The position numbers and the translations under genes are program-made. Under the pieces are notes generated by a model. It was given only the letters and a program-made list of their open reading frames with translations, did no database searches and was not told the origin of the DNA. Of a stretch of 64,000 nt of DNA, positions 43,251 through 57,329 are shown piece by piece (the stretch's first letter is position 1; the number at the start of each line of letters is the position of its first letter). Origin of the DNA: Octopus vulgaris (taxonomy: Eukaryota); assembly GCA_951406725.2 (NCBI GenBank), contig OX597817.1, forward strand, positions 76,818,001 to 76,882,000. The letters are read 5' to 3'.

Positions 43251-44978
43251 TGAAAAGCAAACACCACCACGCAAGTACAACTTGATTGAATGATTCAGAT
43301 TATAAGAGATATACTCTAATTGCCAAGATGCAGTTCTAACAAATGTTTCTGGAATAGGAAAGAAGGGAACATCTGAACTCTGGCTGTAATTTTGTTATAT
43401 GTAGAAGTTCGCTATAACGAAGATAGCCAAGAATGTAACTCTCTACATCTAAGGTAGTAAACAATTAAGATATATTTTGATGTGGTGAGGGTAAAATATT
43501 TACAGAAGCTGAATGATTAAATGGAGGACATGGTTGAAACATGATAAAGATTTTGTATAGTTACTGACGGATGCAGTTTAATGTGATATACAGGGCATAC
43601 ATATGTATTAAACCAAAATGAATTAAGAGAAATAACACAAAGCGACCAAATTCAAGTACATTAATAACAAAGACAAAAACCAGTTTGTCAAATACCATAC
43701 TACATAAATGTTTAATTTATTAATATCATTTATGCCTTTAAACGATGTAACATAATTATCACGTCGTAATTGAGACCAGTTCCATTACAGAAGGCAAGAT
43801 AATCTCAAGAATCAAGAGTTCTCTAAATTTGACAAGCCATTAAAGAAAAGGTTGGGCGTATTGTCTGGAGATAATGAGACAGTGTTTCTGCTTCGATAAA
43901 CGTCATCAGCATGACAGTTATACTATGTTATCCTCTAGTCTTTTCAAAAAGAAGTAGAATACATTTATGGTTTAGATAATTTGCATAATTAAATGAAAAT
44001 TACCTAAGAGAATTAATTCAAAGTGGTCAGTGGTATGTATATAAAAGAAAACAGAAAAATACATGCATATCCAATAACATACAATATAATTGTTTTATTT
44101 ACAAAATTCATCGCCACCTCTAGATGATATGTTACAATTAACATATGGTGATTGAAACCTGCTCTGATCTTTGTTATAGAAGGAGTGAGCGAGAAATACT
44201 AGACGTAAGATGGAGAGAACAGAAACAAGAGATAGAGGAATTAATGGAACTATGGAAGTATGAGAGAAAATTGCTCACTAATGCGCTTTGTGTGTCAGGA
44301 ATGAATTTACACTTACACGACACGCTAATTGGAAAATAATAAATCAATGCTAATTAGTCTTGTTGTGTCAGAATTAAAACAGAGGAACCATGTACGAGAA
44401 CGATAGATGGGAGAATATGTGCAGGCATGAAAAAGAGATGGAGAGATAGAGAGAGGATTGAAAGCGAAGTGAGAGTAGGGACGAATATAGGAGTAAGAAA
44501 GATAGATATGACGATGTAACTGATGTGTTCCTTTATGTCATTCAAAATGATTCTGAAATAACAACGTAAGGGACAATATTAGTGATGAATTTGTAAATGG
44601 CTGACACTGAATTTGAAGAAAGAAAATGGAGGCCGACTTTCATCCAAGTGTAATTCGCATTTGTTTATTTATTTAATTTGATTTAATGCTATTTTTTGCT
44701 TGCTGTGCTTTTTAGTCTTAAAGAAAGTGAAAACAGAAAAAAGAAATTAACAATAAACAATTAGCAATAAAAGATTTGAAAAATCACTAGAGATTTAGAA
44801 TTGAATAAATTAGAATAATGATGAGATAATTAAAAATACAAAAGATTGGGTAAAGTTATTTAGTACGGCGGTATTGGAGAGGGGAAAATGTTACTTTTGT
44901 GTGATAAGAATAACAGATAAGAATTCAGATGGAAAGAAGTCAACGTGTTTAGCGGTGTAGTCTGTTATGCCAAAATAT

Positions 44979-45086
<108 letters not shown>

Positions 45087-45411
45087 GTGTGTATATATAT
45101 ATATATATATATCCATATGAAAAGTGATGATTTATAAATTATATATCCACGGTAACTGAGAGTTCAATGTCTAGCATAGCCCAGAACATTCCTGATGATT
45201 TAGGATAACATTGCTTTAAATTAATTTCAATTAATTAATGCTGCTCAATTAATATAATACTTGATTAAATTATATTAATATTAATTAATTAGGTATTTAA
45301 ATTATGTAATTATAGAATTAATGATATTTATCCTTAAAGGAACAGTTGTTCAGTTGTTAAAATTATGATCTATCTGTGATAGTTTTTCTTTTCTACTTCG
45401 TATTCAATATA

Positions 45412-46678
45412 TTCAGTCAAAAATTATCTGCATTTTCGCCAAAACCTTCTTTGGCTTGGCTACATTGCCTTCAATACTCAAGCGGTAAAAGATAGTACTT
45501 TTGTGGTTACGCAACCGAGGTTTGATGTTGATCACTCCAGTTTTCTTTCTTCTGTTATCGAGTAAACATGGCTGCTCCGGTAGCAATGGAAGAACAGAAG
45601 TCACTCATCCAATTTCTCTGGTATGAATGTGTATCAGGGGCTGAGATTCATTGCAGGCTTTCAGTACAAATCGGAGACTCACTTGACCGCGTAGAAGTGT
45701 CCATGAGTGAATCGACAATTCTAAAAATGACCGGACAAGTGCAATGATCGAAGAGGGAGCAGGACGATTATCAACCTCCACTACTGATGCGAAGATTCAA
45801 CAAACTTGAGAGATGGTTCTGGTGAACCGACGCGTGACCATTGATTACATGGCATGTTCTCTGCAAATTAATCATGGTTTCACACACGAAATCATCCGCG
45901 ACAAGTTTCGCTTCCGTAAAGTTTGTGAGAAATGGATGCCAAGATAGCTTATCGAATCGGATAAGCAGAACCGTGTAATCTGTCAACACTTACTCGACCG
46001 CTACAAGGATTAAAGGTAAAGCTTTTTTGGAGAGAATAATCACAGGGTCCATCACGTTGAATCAGAATCCAAGAGGCAGTGTATGCAGTGGAAACTCCCG
46101 GGATCGCCAGCGAAAAAGAAATTGAAGAAACCTTCAGCAGAAAAAGTGATGCTAATCGTGTTTTGGGACACAAAAAGGCCTATACTGGAACATTGCCGAG
46201 AAAATGGGTTTACAATTAGCATAAACTACAGTGAAATGCTGGCCAACAAACCGATATCAGCAATTCGCACCAAACGCTGAAGTCTATTGTGAAATCAAGA
46301 GTTATTATTGTACGACAATGCCTGTCCACATACGGCCGCCCACACCGTTGAAACCATTGAAAAATTGGATCCCGGATTGCCAGAACACCTGCTTACTGTT
46401 CAGTTCTCGTTTTTTTCCGACTATCACTTCTTTGGACCGCTTAAACATCGTTTACGAGATCGTCGATTTGCTACGGATGAAGAAGTGCAAGAAGGGCTGC
46501 ATAAATGACTGCGCAACAAGCCGAAATGCTTCTTCTATGATGGAATGAGCAAACTTGTTGATCGCTGGAAGAAGTGCATCGAAAAACAAGGACACTATGT
46601 TGAAAAATGATGTAAGTGTTCGATCCCTGCTTTTGCGTTAATAAATTCCAGAAACAATAGAGCGTATAATTTTTGACG
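45412..46678 (+). mobile_element. Degenerate mariner element with transposase pseudogene (~45580-46610)
   Basis: NRRVTID, RKVCEKWMPR, SKRQCMQWK.PGSP, KVMLIVFWD, YDNACPH, SDYHFFGPLK, LVDRWKKCIEKQGHYVEK*. TIR remnants gtcaaaaattatctgc and gcgtataatttttgac. Confidence 0.88.
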
Positions 46679-46679
46679 A

Positions 46680-46855
46680 TGTGTCTGTGTTTGTCTCCAC
46701 TTGACAACTCTGTAACTTGGCGGTTCTGCAAAAGAGGCCGATAGACTAAATACCAGGCTTAAAAAAGAACTGGAGTCGATTTATCTGGCTAAAAATTCTT
46801 CAAGTTGGTACCCCAGTATGGCTGTTATCTCACGACTGAAACAAATGGAAGAGAA
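46680..46855 (+). mobile_element. SINE family A, 3' half
   Basis: gtaacttggcggttctgcaaaagaggccgataga...gactgaaacaa. Confidence 0.7.
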
Positions 46856-47087
46856 AATTTAAAAGCTGTTGCTGAATTCAAATGAGTAGCACCGATGAGA
46901 GCCGGATTAATAATCGAAAAGCCATGGGCTACAAGGATATGGAGCTCGCCATAATGCTTGCAAAAGGAAAAAATAGAGAGAATTTAAATCTATTATTCAA
47001 ATTCTTTATAATTATCTTTAAATACACTCGGAACAATTTCAAAGAATCTGGATGCAATACCTGAGATCCTAGGTATACAAGATATAT

Positions 47088-47300
47088 TGATTTCAAATTT
47101 TAGCACAATGCCAGCAGTTATGGGGGCGGGGCTGAGTAGATGAAATCGACCCTAGTGTTCAACTAAAACTTGTTTTTTCCACCCCGAAAGGATGAAAGAA
47201 AAAACCAACCCCGACGTAATTTGAACTCAGAACGTAAAAACGGGCGAAATGTCGTTAAGCATTTTGCTCGGCGTGCTTATGATTCTGTCACCTCGCTGTC
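47088..47300 (-). mobile_element. SINE family B
   Basis: ccccgaaaggatgaaag...aatttgaactcagaacgtaaa...gattctgtcacctcgc. Confidence 0.75.
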
Positions 47301-47324
47301 TTTACAATGGTAATAATGATGCAT

Positions 47325-47890
47325 TTGGACTTAAATCAGAAACAGAGGATTTCATTATAGAAGCTAACAAACAAGCATGCTTTAAAATGGTGCTGATCCT
47401 GCTTGCTACTTTTATAATGCAACCAGAGAAACAAGTGACCACCTCATCTCTGGATGAATACATGATAAACTTAGATAGTATTTGCACTGGATTATATGCC
47501 GTAAATCTTGACTGCCGTATGAGAAGAACTGGTGGGAACATAAGTCAACCAAAGTAGTAAAAAATAAGACATCACTGTTCGTTGAGAATTTAGCCTTGAA
47601 ACTGATCGTACTATTCAGGTTAATAGACTAGATATTGTGGTAAAATGTCAGGTTGACAAGACTGCAACAATTCTGTAAAATATTTGAATAATTAAGTAAA
47701 TATAAGGATCTTGGGAGAGAAATCTCAAAAATGGCATCTAAGAACAACCGTCCCCGTGATCATTACAGCTTTGGGGACAATACGAAATGGTGCTCTTAAA
47801 CACTATGGTAAAATAGCAGGATATCTCAAGTTATCAGAATTGTTCTCATGGGTAGCATTCGCATCCGAAAAAAGTCATTGTCAACACTTT
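47325..47890 (+). pseudogene. Highly degraded R4/Dong-like LINE 3' region
   Basis: GLKSETEDFIIEA, ETSDHLISG, KWHLRTTVPVIITALG. Confidence 0.65.
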
Positions 47891-49774
47891 CAAAATTGAA
47901 ATATTACAAATTTAATAGAATTTTTGTTCTCAGATTCTGATCTCATTACCCTACAATATATTACCGCTGATCATAAATTACACCAATAACAAAACGTTTT
48001 ACTTGTTGTTACCTGAGTTCTTTGGATTAAACTGGAAACAACTCGTATAAAACAAAGCAACAATTACGTAAACAAGAACCATAACAACAGTAATAATAAA
48101 ACATTATTTTAATAAAACAGAGGCTTTGTTTACTTAGTAGTGTACTATTCATATTTACCACCGTGTACATCTGCATAAATATTTGCCTCCTGCATTAACA
48201 TTTAGTAGAGCTTACTATAGAAGTCAAAGACTTATACAATTAAATTATATTAGACCTTGAATCAGTCATTTTTGCTTCACTCATAGCTGAATGTTCTATT
48301 CTTATTTTAATCGCGAGAAAGATTTTTTATGCTTAAAGTATGAATATTGTATATGTCTTAAATATTCTACCCTAAGAAAAAACTCCGATCCCTCTGAACA
48401 TCCGGACGTCTTCTATAACACATCCTTCACATTTGCTACCTAATAGTGGGCTTCCATCTTCCCACTTACAGGGAGATGGTACTACCCAAATGATCTGAAG
48501 AAAGTTGTAGCCAAATCACTCTAAACCACAGCTTACTGCACTGAAATATATTACATGTTCAATAATGTACTCCTAGACACATTAGCTATAAATAAAACAC
48601 AGGATGATAACGACTGCTCGCCGGTCTTCTAGGTTAGGGATATTATCTCTTGTATCTTTCGTAAACAAAGTCAGGAGACGTGTTAGCTCCTACTGTCCTA
48701 AATTATTTACCAAAGATCTTCCACCCTCACACATAGGATGCTCATCTTTTCTCTTGGTGGTAGATATAGTTTTCTAAATTTTTTTGTTAAGGAAGAATAC
48801 AACCAATCGATTTTCCTTATGTGACATCATTCAGAACTAATAGAGGAGAGCCAACGAGCGGTCTTTATTACCTTATCTGACCTGTTGGAAATAACAGTCC
48901 CGTCTTACTCATATCAAGCAATTTATCATTTTACTCTTATATATATATATATTTAATGTTCTGGTTCTAGATGCAACACGTCCGAGGTAAAAGGAAATAT
49001 AAAAATGGCAAGAATACTTCTGGTTTTGGCTCTGCTGAAGCAGAGTTGACCTTGTGCTAAATAAGGACATCAACCATAACAACAGCAACAACCACAACGA
49101 CGGCGACGGCGACGACGATGACAAGGACAACAGCATCAAAAGATATTGCCGCCTTATATTGTTCACTCGATTTGCCAAATTCCGAAGCCGAGCAATAAAT
49201 TGCGTAACAATATTTTATAAAAGCGAAAAATAATATAAAAGGAACATAAAATTTTAAAATAAAAGAGAAATAATGAGAAGTTTAGTTAATGAGTCAACGG
49301 TGTGTGCGTTGTTATGAATATTGTACTGCTGTGAATTTAGAATATTTTCTGTTCTTTGCCAAAGATTTATCTGGGAAAAAGAAGAAAAAAATGCATTTAG
49401 AGTCGTCGAAAAGAAATTGCTGAGAAAAAGAAAAACAAAACACAAATTAAAATGATAATGAATATACACTTCTGTATAAATTTGGCTTCACATTCAAAAT
49501 ACAAAATAATAAAAAAAGAAAAAGAGAAGTTGGAAAAGCGAAATATTCAAATAATTCAGAAATAAAATAAAGTAAATTAAATTGGTTTTACTTACTTGTT
49601 CAAAGTGTTAATTCAAAAGGATTTGTTGAGTTGTAGTTAGGCGGTGTAATAAACAATGTAAGAAGATCTCATTGAATTAACCCAGAAAAACGTTTTCTTT
49701 ATAAATCATTTGTTATTGGTTAATCCCAATACATCTCTAGTCTAGAACATCTAGGATCAAAGGCATTCCAGCCG

Positions 49775-50490
49775 TGACTATACCGTTGTTTTTTTTTCCT
49801 TATGTGTAAGTAATAGTAAGAAAGGTCGTGGCGGAATTTTAAATAAAATTTGATTGATATTTTTAATAGTTCGAATAAAACGTAGACCTGACATCATTTT
49901 TCTCGAGAAGCCGGCCGCATGAGACAGCTCATCAGCTAGCGGACCGAGCAAAAAAGAAAAAAATTCAAGGTGACTTTTCGCTAGACTTGCCATTCAGAAA
50001 GTCCCTCGGATTACAGTTTGTCCAAGGCTGACGGAGATATTTCAATGTTGTCTTGTTTAAAAGTGGACCACAGAAGAATATGTATTACACATGAACTTCA
50101 CATCCCTTTCCTTCTGATTTCCGTTAATGATATCGACGTCCAACTGTGACCATGCCGTTATTTCTTATGAGTAGCAATAAGATAGGTCTTGGCGGAATTT
50201 GAATAGAGATTTCTTTGTTAATTCTAATACGTCGATTAAATACGTAGATTAGGTATGTGCAACCTATTTTCGAGATGTAACTCCTCATCAGGCAGGATGC
50301 ACTTATAAAAAAATCATGGTGATTTTTCGCTGGGCTTTTTATTCAGAAAGTCACGCGGACCGCAGTTTCCCCTTGACTGACGTAGCTATTCGTATGTTGT
50401 CTTGTTTAAAAGTAAGTCACGGAAAGAGATGTATTACCCACGAACTGCACATTACTTCCCTTTCGATCTCGGCTATTGATGTTGATGTCA
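49775..50490 (-). repeat. Two diverged ~355 bp tandem units, each with a hammerhead-like CTGATGA core on the minus strand
   Basis: Shared blocks tggcggaattt, ctcatcag (49928 and 50284), ttcagaaagtc, atgttgtcttgtttaaaagt, atgtattac. Confidence 0.75.
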
Positions 50491-51149
50491 CGTTCGGACA
50501 TCTTAAGTCCAGGTAAATGTCCTCAAGAGTAAAGCGTGAACAGAAGGAGATACAATTTGGAATCTGAACGGTGAGTTGCAATAATGCTAAGAAGGACCAC
50601 ATAGTCGTGTTAAGCAGGATGGTGCGTTAGGTTTACATACCCAGCTTACTCTACATACGGAGTAGTTAGAGAAAATACATGGAGAGAGGGAAGAAAGATC
50701 TCGAGCAAGGGCGTGGAAAGAAAAAGAAAGACGGAGAAAGATAAAAGTAAAAATTAAAAACAAAGAGAGAAACAGCTTGATAGCATCTGGCGGAAAATGT
50801 AAATCTTGAACCTTATCAGACATAGAATAAATACAGACCAGATATTCGTCACTCGCGAGCGACAATGGGTTGGCTGCATATACTATACCTTCGTTAATTG
50901 TTTAGGTGCCGTATTGTCAGGAACGGATATAGATGATCAAATACACTTTCCGCTCCATGATCATAGAGCAAGCGGTACATCCAGGATATGACCTCTAGTG
51001 AGGCAGAGACCTACACCAGAACTTGGAAGTACTCCTTTACTGGTGACAAGATTGGAGCAACGCGAAATGTGCCTTGCTCAAGAAAGCATCTACGAATTTT
51101 AAATTGATGCATTAGTTTCTGCTATGTAAGAACAATAATTTAAAGCTAT

Positions 51150-52100
51150 GCAAAATATAGCGTCGATAGATGTTGAATCACTTATTGTAGATTTTGTACA
51201 TAAAATGGTGAATATATTTGCTAAGTAATGAGTGAATGTAGTAGACTGGCACAAAAAGAATAAAAAAGAAACACGACAAAAGAAACAATATCGCACGCAT
51301 TGTTCATTGGAAACCATGAGGAAAGTAATATTTAGACAGAGCTGTAAAGTGTTATATTACTTAAACTAGCACCATGTCGTGGAAAACAAAAGGAAGAACT
51401 GAAGCTGTTGTGGGATTTAAGCGTCCAATTTGATCAAATGACTGAAGCAAGAAGCCAGACATTGTTATCTTTATATATAAAAGTGAGGTTGTGTGCTGTC
51501 TGTCTCCTACGATTTAGATTCCTAACTACTCCCACATTTTGCGGTACAGTTTAACCAAAACCGGGTATCTTATAGTCGTGATTCATAACGAGCCCTTCTG
51601 GGTATTAGCGCGCGTCTACGATGAGTCTACGATTAAAAAAAATTTACCATCAATTTTTCCCATTTTAATGCATTTTTGGCATATATAAGGGAAGTAACTC
51701 TCTAAAAATGTATGATTACATCTCAGAACGTAAAAAGCTACAGTAACATCCCTCCTTTGTGGTTAGCCATATTGAGATGGCTATTATACTTTACATCTCT
51801 AAAAATGCTAATATAGTCATTTCCCTTACAAACCCGAGCAACGCCGGGCGATACTGCTAGTCGTCAATAAAAAAGGATAGACGCAGTGGAACAACTTATG
51901 TAGTATCTCTCGGTGACTACAGTGTGCATGAGAAAGTAAAAAGAAATTTAAGAATTATCAAGTTATGAAAAGGTGTAATAAAGGGAAAACAGTTGAAATT
52001 GTGCGGATCGAAGTGTTATACATAGAAAAAGAAATAAACATGGATGAAGAAGACTGCAATTTACATTCCAACGGAATGCAAACCACAATCTTATTATCAT
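51150..52100 (+). pseudogene. Degraded RLE-type LINE 3' region interrupted by a Helitron
   Basis: MSECSRLAQKE, NIARIVHWK, LKLLWDLSVQFDQMTEAR. PDIV|IVNK is restored when 51468-51860 is removed. Confidence 0.75.
51468..51860 (+). mobile_element. Non-autonomous Helitron (393 bp)
   Basis: Starts TC and ends CTAG. Subterminal GC hairpin CCCGagcaacgcCGGG at 51833-51848. Inserted between A and T with no target duplication. Confidence 0.9.
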
Positions 52101-52307
52101 GTTATTAACGAAAGAAAATCCTATTCTTCAGAACTGCAAGTGGCCTGAAGAAGGTTCTTGAAAATTGAATTGTTGAGACATTCCCAAATGGTTCCCGGGT
52201 ATTGCTTAAAACTTGGTCCTTGACTTATAAAAACGACGCCAGATATGTGTGACATGGAGAGTAACAACATCAACAACAACAAAAACAACAACAACAACAA
52301 CAACAAC

Positions 52308-52375
<68 letters not shown>

Positions 52376-52385
52376 TAACAATAAC

Positions 52386-52419
<34 letters not shown>

Positions 52420-52421
<2 letters not shown>

Positions 52422-52552
52422 CTTTTCTACAAAAGGCACAAGACTTGAAATTTGAGAGGATGAGACAAGTCAATTACATCGACTTTAGTGTTTCACTGGT
52501 ACTTAATTTATCGACCCCGAAGGGATGAAAAGTAAAGTCGACCTCGGTGGAA
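52420..52552 (-). mobile_element. SINE family B, 3' part
   Basis: actggtacttaatttatcgaccccgaagggatgaaaagtaaagtcgacctcgg, next to (AAT)n. Confidence 0.8.
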
Positions 52553-52601
52553 CAACAACAACCACAACCACAACCACCACCACCACCACCACCACAACAA
52601 C

Positions 52602-52668
<67 letters not shown>

Positions 52669-53219
52669 GACCTGATGCAGTACCAGGCAGTGGCTCTCAT
52701 GGCTTCTGATCTTAACTGATTGGAAGTGTTACCATGTACATTGTTTTGTCTTGCTATAAAACATGGGTTACAGCAAATATTCTGCTCAATACCACAGATT
52801 TGCTTTTTAGTGGATTGATCTTAACCAGTTAAGCATGTCCCTTAGTGCCTGACGATATGTGCATCTCTGATCACGAGCAGAAGTAGTGGGAGAGCATCAT
52901 AGCCATGTGTTCAAAGGAATTCTTTGGGATCTGGATAATTCACCTCTGGAAACATGGATGATTCGTTCAACATCCTTAAACAACCCTTATTCAGGAACCA
53001 TTTGAGTGGGATGGGCTACTCGACCTGAAGAAAATTCTAACTGGGCCCCACCTGCAAGGTCATGTGCTGTTTATCTTGATATGTATCCTCATGTCGCGCA
53101 CATATTGTTGTGATGTATGTGCCTGGTATACCCTTATCAGACGGGTATTCATGATGGGTATACTGGGCTTCGTATATTTAACCCCAGTGTCACTTTGTTG
53201 GCTTGCACTGCTCTCCCAC

Positions 53220-53220
<1 letters not shown>
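52669..53220 (+). mobile_element. AAT-associated ~550 bp non-coding element, apparently full length
   Basis: Homologous to 8245-8647, 29003-29072, 54075-54125 and 56305-56797. Pure (AAT)n on both sides. Confidence 0.88.
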
Positions 53221-53282
<62 letters not shown>

Positions 53283-54005
53283 CAACAAACAAATTAATCA
53301 GTAGTTCCTACATATTTCACATAACATACCACATGTGAAATTTTAAAGAGTTTATATGTAACTAGCTCCATCCAGATCTGAAAACGCTTTATGTAAAATG
53401 ATACCCAACTTCCTGCCCTTGCTACAAAATCTCATTTTCTTTTATTGCTATTCAACTGGCTTTTGCAGCCGATAATCTCTTGCTGTAGACAGCAATCCAA
53501 CCCAGTTCTATTGTAGTGAAGTTTACGTTTTATCCAATCAGACGTCTTGATATCTATTACGTACGATGGTAATAAAAATATTTAAAAGCACTAACTATAA
53601 AATACCATTCCTTTGATTCATTGTTAGATGGTAATAACGTCTTTCGTTTTGTTTATTTTTTCAAGAAAAGAAAAGAAGAAATAAAGAAAGAAAGAAAGAA
53701 ACGAAAGAAAGAAAGAAAGAAAGTGGTAATCCGTGAGATATGTCTGATCCATAGATTCCATTGATTGAACTGCAAAATAATTCTTTCATTGATTTCTCTT
53801 CAATCATTCCCGATTATTTTTAGACTATTTACAATGCTTCAACTAACCACACCCCTTACTGTAATTCTATTTTCGTGAAATTTCATCGCTCACTATTGGT
53901 TTTATAATTATTATAATGATGATAATTATGATGATGTCGACTACGATGATGACAGTGATGTAGATAATGATGTTGATAATGAGGATGATAATGATTTCTT
54001 TTATA

Positions 54006-54066
<61 letters not shown>

Positions 54067-54125
54067 CTTGCTAGTTGCAGTTGAGTATGTTCTTTGGTGC
54101 CTGACGATATGCGCTTCTCTGATCA

Positions 54126-54800
54126 CAACAGGTGTCTTTCGACTAAGGACGAATTAAATTAAGCTAGCGTGTGTGGAAGTGAAGCCTTACGGCAGGGATA
54201 TAGGCCTTCCCTTCATTCTCGCCTTCCCTCATCTTTCACTTCGCTCTGTCCCTTTTCTTTTTTCTCGTCCCTCCCTAATTATTTTATCCCTCTGCCTCTA
54301 CATCTCTTCCCACTTCCCCTCTTTCCACTTGACCGGTGTTCGGCCAAGCGCGACCTTTCTTTCTTGGTTCGACTAGCATCCGTGCAACATCTATATTCCT
54401 TCCCATCCCTGTCATTTCTTGTGCTCCTACCGTAAGGCTTTATTTCCACACACGCGAGCTTAATTTAATTCGTCCTTAGTCGAAAGACACCTGTTGTTAT
54501 GTCCTGTTATTTGTATTTGTATTTGTGTACCATTTCTCCGGGTGTTTTTCCGTTGTTTTTTTCGTATACATTCGGTGCTTTCTTCCACGGAATCTAGTGC
54601 ACTTAGCTTAGATTTTCCTTGGAGCAGGCCAGATTGGAGCAGTCACGAGTATAACCAGCCGAAACTGCAAAGATAATCTGGAACTCGACTGACAAAAGAA
54701 AATTCTGAATGACCCGTCTTTGTCTTTAATTGTCCTTTTTTGTATCAACTAACTGTCCGGATGATTTTCGTTCTTGTCCCATTTTAAAATTCTTTTTTTA
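54126..54800 (+). mobile_element. Putative Penelope-derived element with inverted 5' duplication
   Basis: 54126-54197 is the reverse complement of 54425-54496 (~4 mismatches). The element continues past the right arm and matches 1915-2106. Confidence 0.65.
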
Positions 54801-54867
54801 TATATATAGCGGCTTTGGTCTCATATATATATATATTTATTATCCTACGTATGTGTCTATATATAAT

Positions 54868-54912
<45 letters not shown>

Positions 54913-55504
54913 CTGTGTGTGTGTGTGTGTATGTGTGTGAGTGTGCGTGTGTGCGTATCGTCATAATTATCATAATCACATCTCCTTTTCTCCTCTTCAT
55001 GCTCCACTTTCTACTCCTCGCTCTGCTCCTTGCATTCTATATGTATGCATGTACGTATGTCTGTATGTCTGGATATATACATTATATACATACATGTAAG
55101 TGTATATACTTATATATGTATATATACACACATACACACACATATACATACACACATATATATACATGTACACGCATATATGTAAACAACGCACACATGT
55201 ACATACACCCACGTATACAGACACACGTTCAAAAGCAAATTCACGCATACACACGGACATATACGCACAAGCAATACATTTTCTACTCTACTCCTTTGAA
55301 CGAGGGATTCGATTCCATTTCTGTTCAAATTAAAATATCTCAACTGTGTTAAATCACTAGGATCGATATTCAGCTATCATGACGAGACATGATTCTTTTT
55401 ACCATAGCCTTTACTGCAGTATACAATATAAAACGTTGCCAAATTATCGATGCATCATATTTTTGTGTGCTTAGCATACAAGGAGATATAGACTCCTTTA
55501 TACA

Positions 55505-55608
<104 letters not shown>

Positions 55609-55825
55609 GTATATATATTTATATATGTATATGTGTGTGTATGTATATATAAATATAAATACATACATATATACACATACATATACATATATGTGTGTGT
55701 ATGTACGTAAATATATATAAATATACATACATGCATATATATATATATATATATGTATGTATATTCATACATGCATACACATATATATATATATGCGCGT
55801 GTGTGTGCATAGTGCACATATATAC

Positions 55826-55874
<49 letters not shown>

Positions 55875-56028
55875 GGTGCGTGTCTTTGAGTTAAACAATA
55901 AGTGATTCGATCGATAGTGTATGTGGTCTCTAGGCAAGCCAATTGCTCATTTTTTATATATTCCTTTTTTGTACAACCACAAGAAGCTAGTATTGCTAGT
56001 GATATCAGTAATAGTGGTAGCAGCACTT

Positions 56029-56060
<32 letters not shown>

Positions 56061-56228
56061 TGTTGTTGTTGTTGTAGTAGTTGATGACAGATGCGTTATT
56101 GCCATCTACCCTCCTATGTCCACACATGCATATGCACATACACAGAAATCAAGTTATAGGATATCCATAGCGTTATAGATGACTTTTGGTAACCGTCTGC
56201 GAGAAGGAGTGGTGTGCAAAAATATACG

Positions 56229-56288
<60 letters not shown>

Positions 56289-56304
56289 CAACAACAACAA
56301 TAAT

Positions 56305-56971
<667 letters not shown>

Positions 56972-57329
56972 GAAATAATAATAACTATAATAATTCCTCA
57001 TTTTTGCTATCAGGGTGAAGAATAAGCGGGACAATACAAAAACACACGTGAAGTGTCGGCGTTTACATATAATGAAATGAAAAAAGTGAAAGTATATACG
57101 TCATAGAATAAAAAACAAAGAAGGGAAATATATCTAGTATACAACAGTAAAATAATATGAGAAAGAAAAAGGGTGATAGTGATGTAGTCCTCCTGATACA
57201 AGAGGATTTCTAAGGATACTCGAGGATCCCCACCGTCCAAGACCTCCCTGGACACCGCAGCAAGTGCCTTCTCCAATTCCTTTTCTCCGACTCACTGGTT
57301 CTACACTTAGAGCAGTATCTATAATAGTA

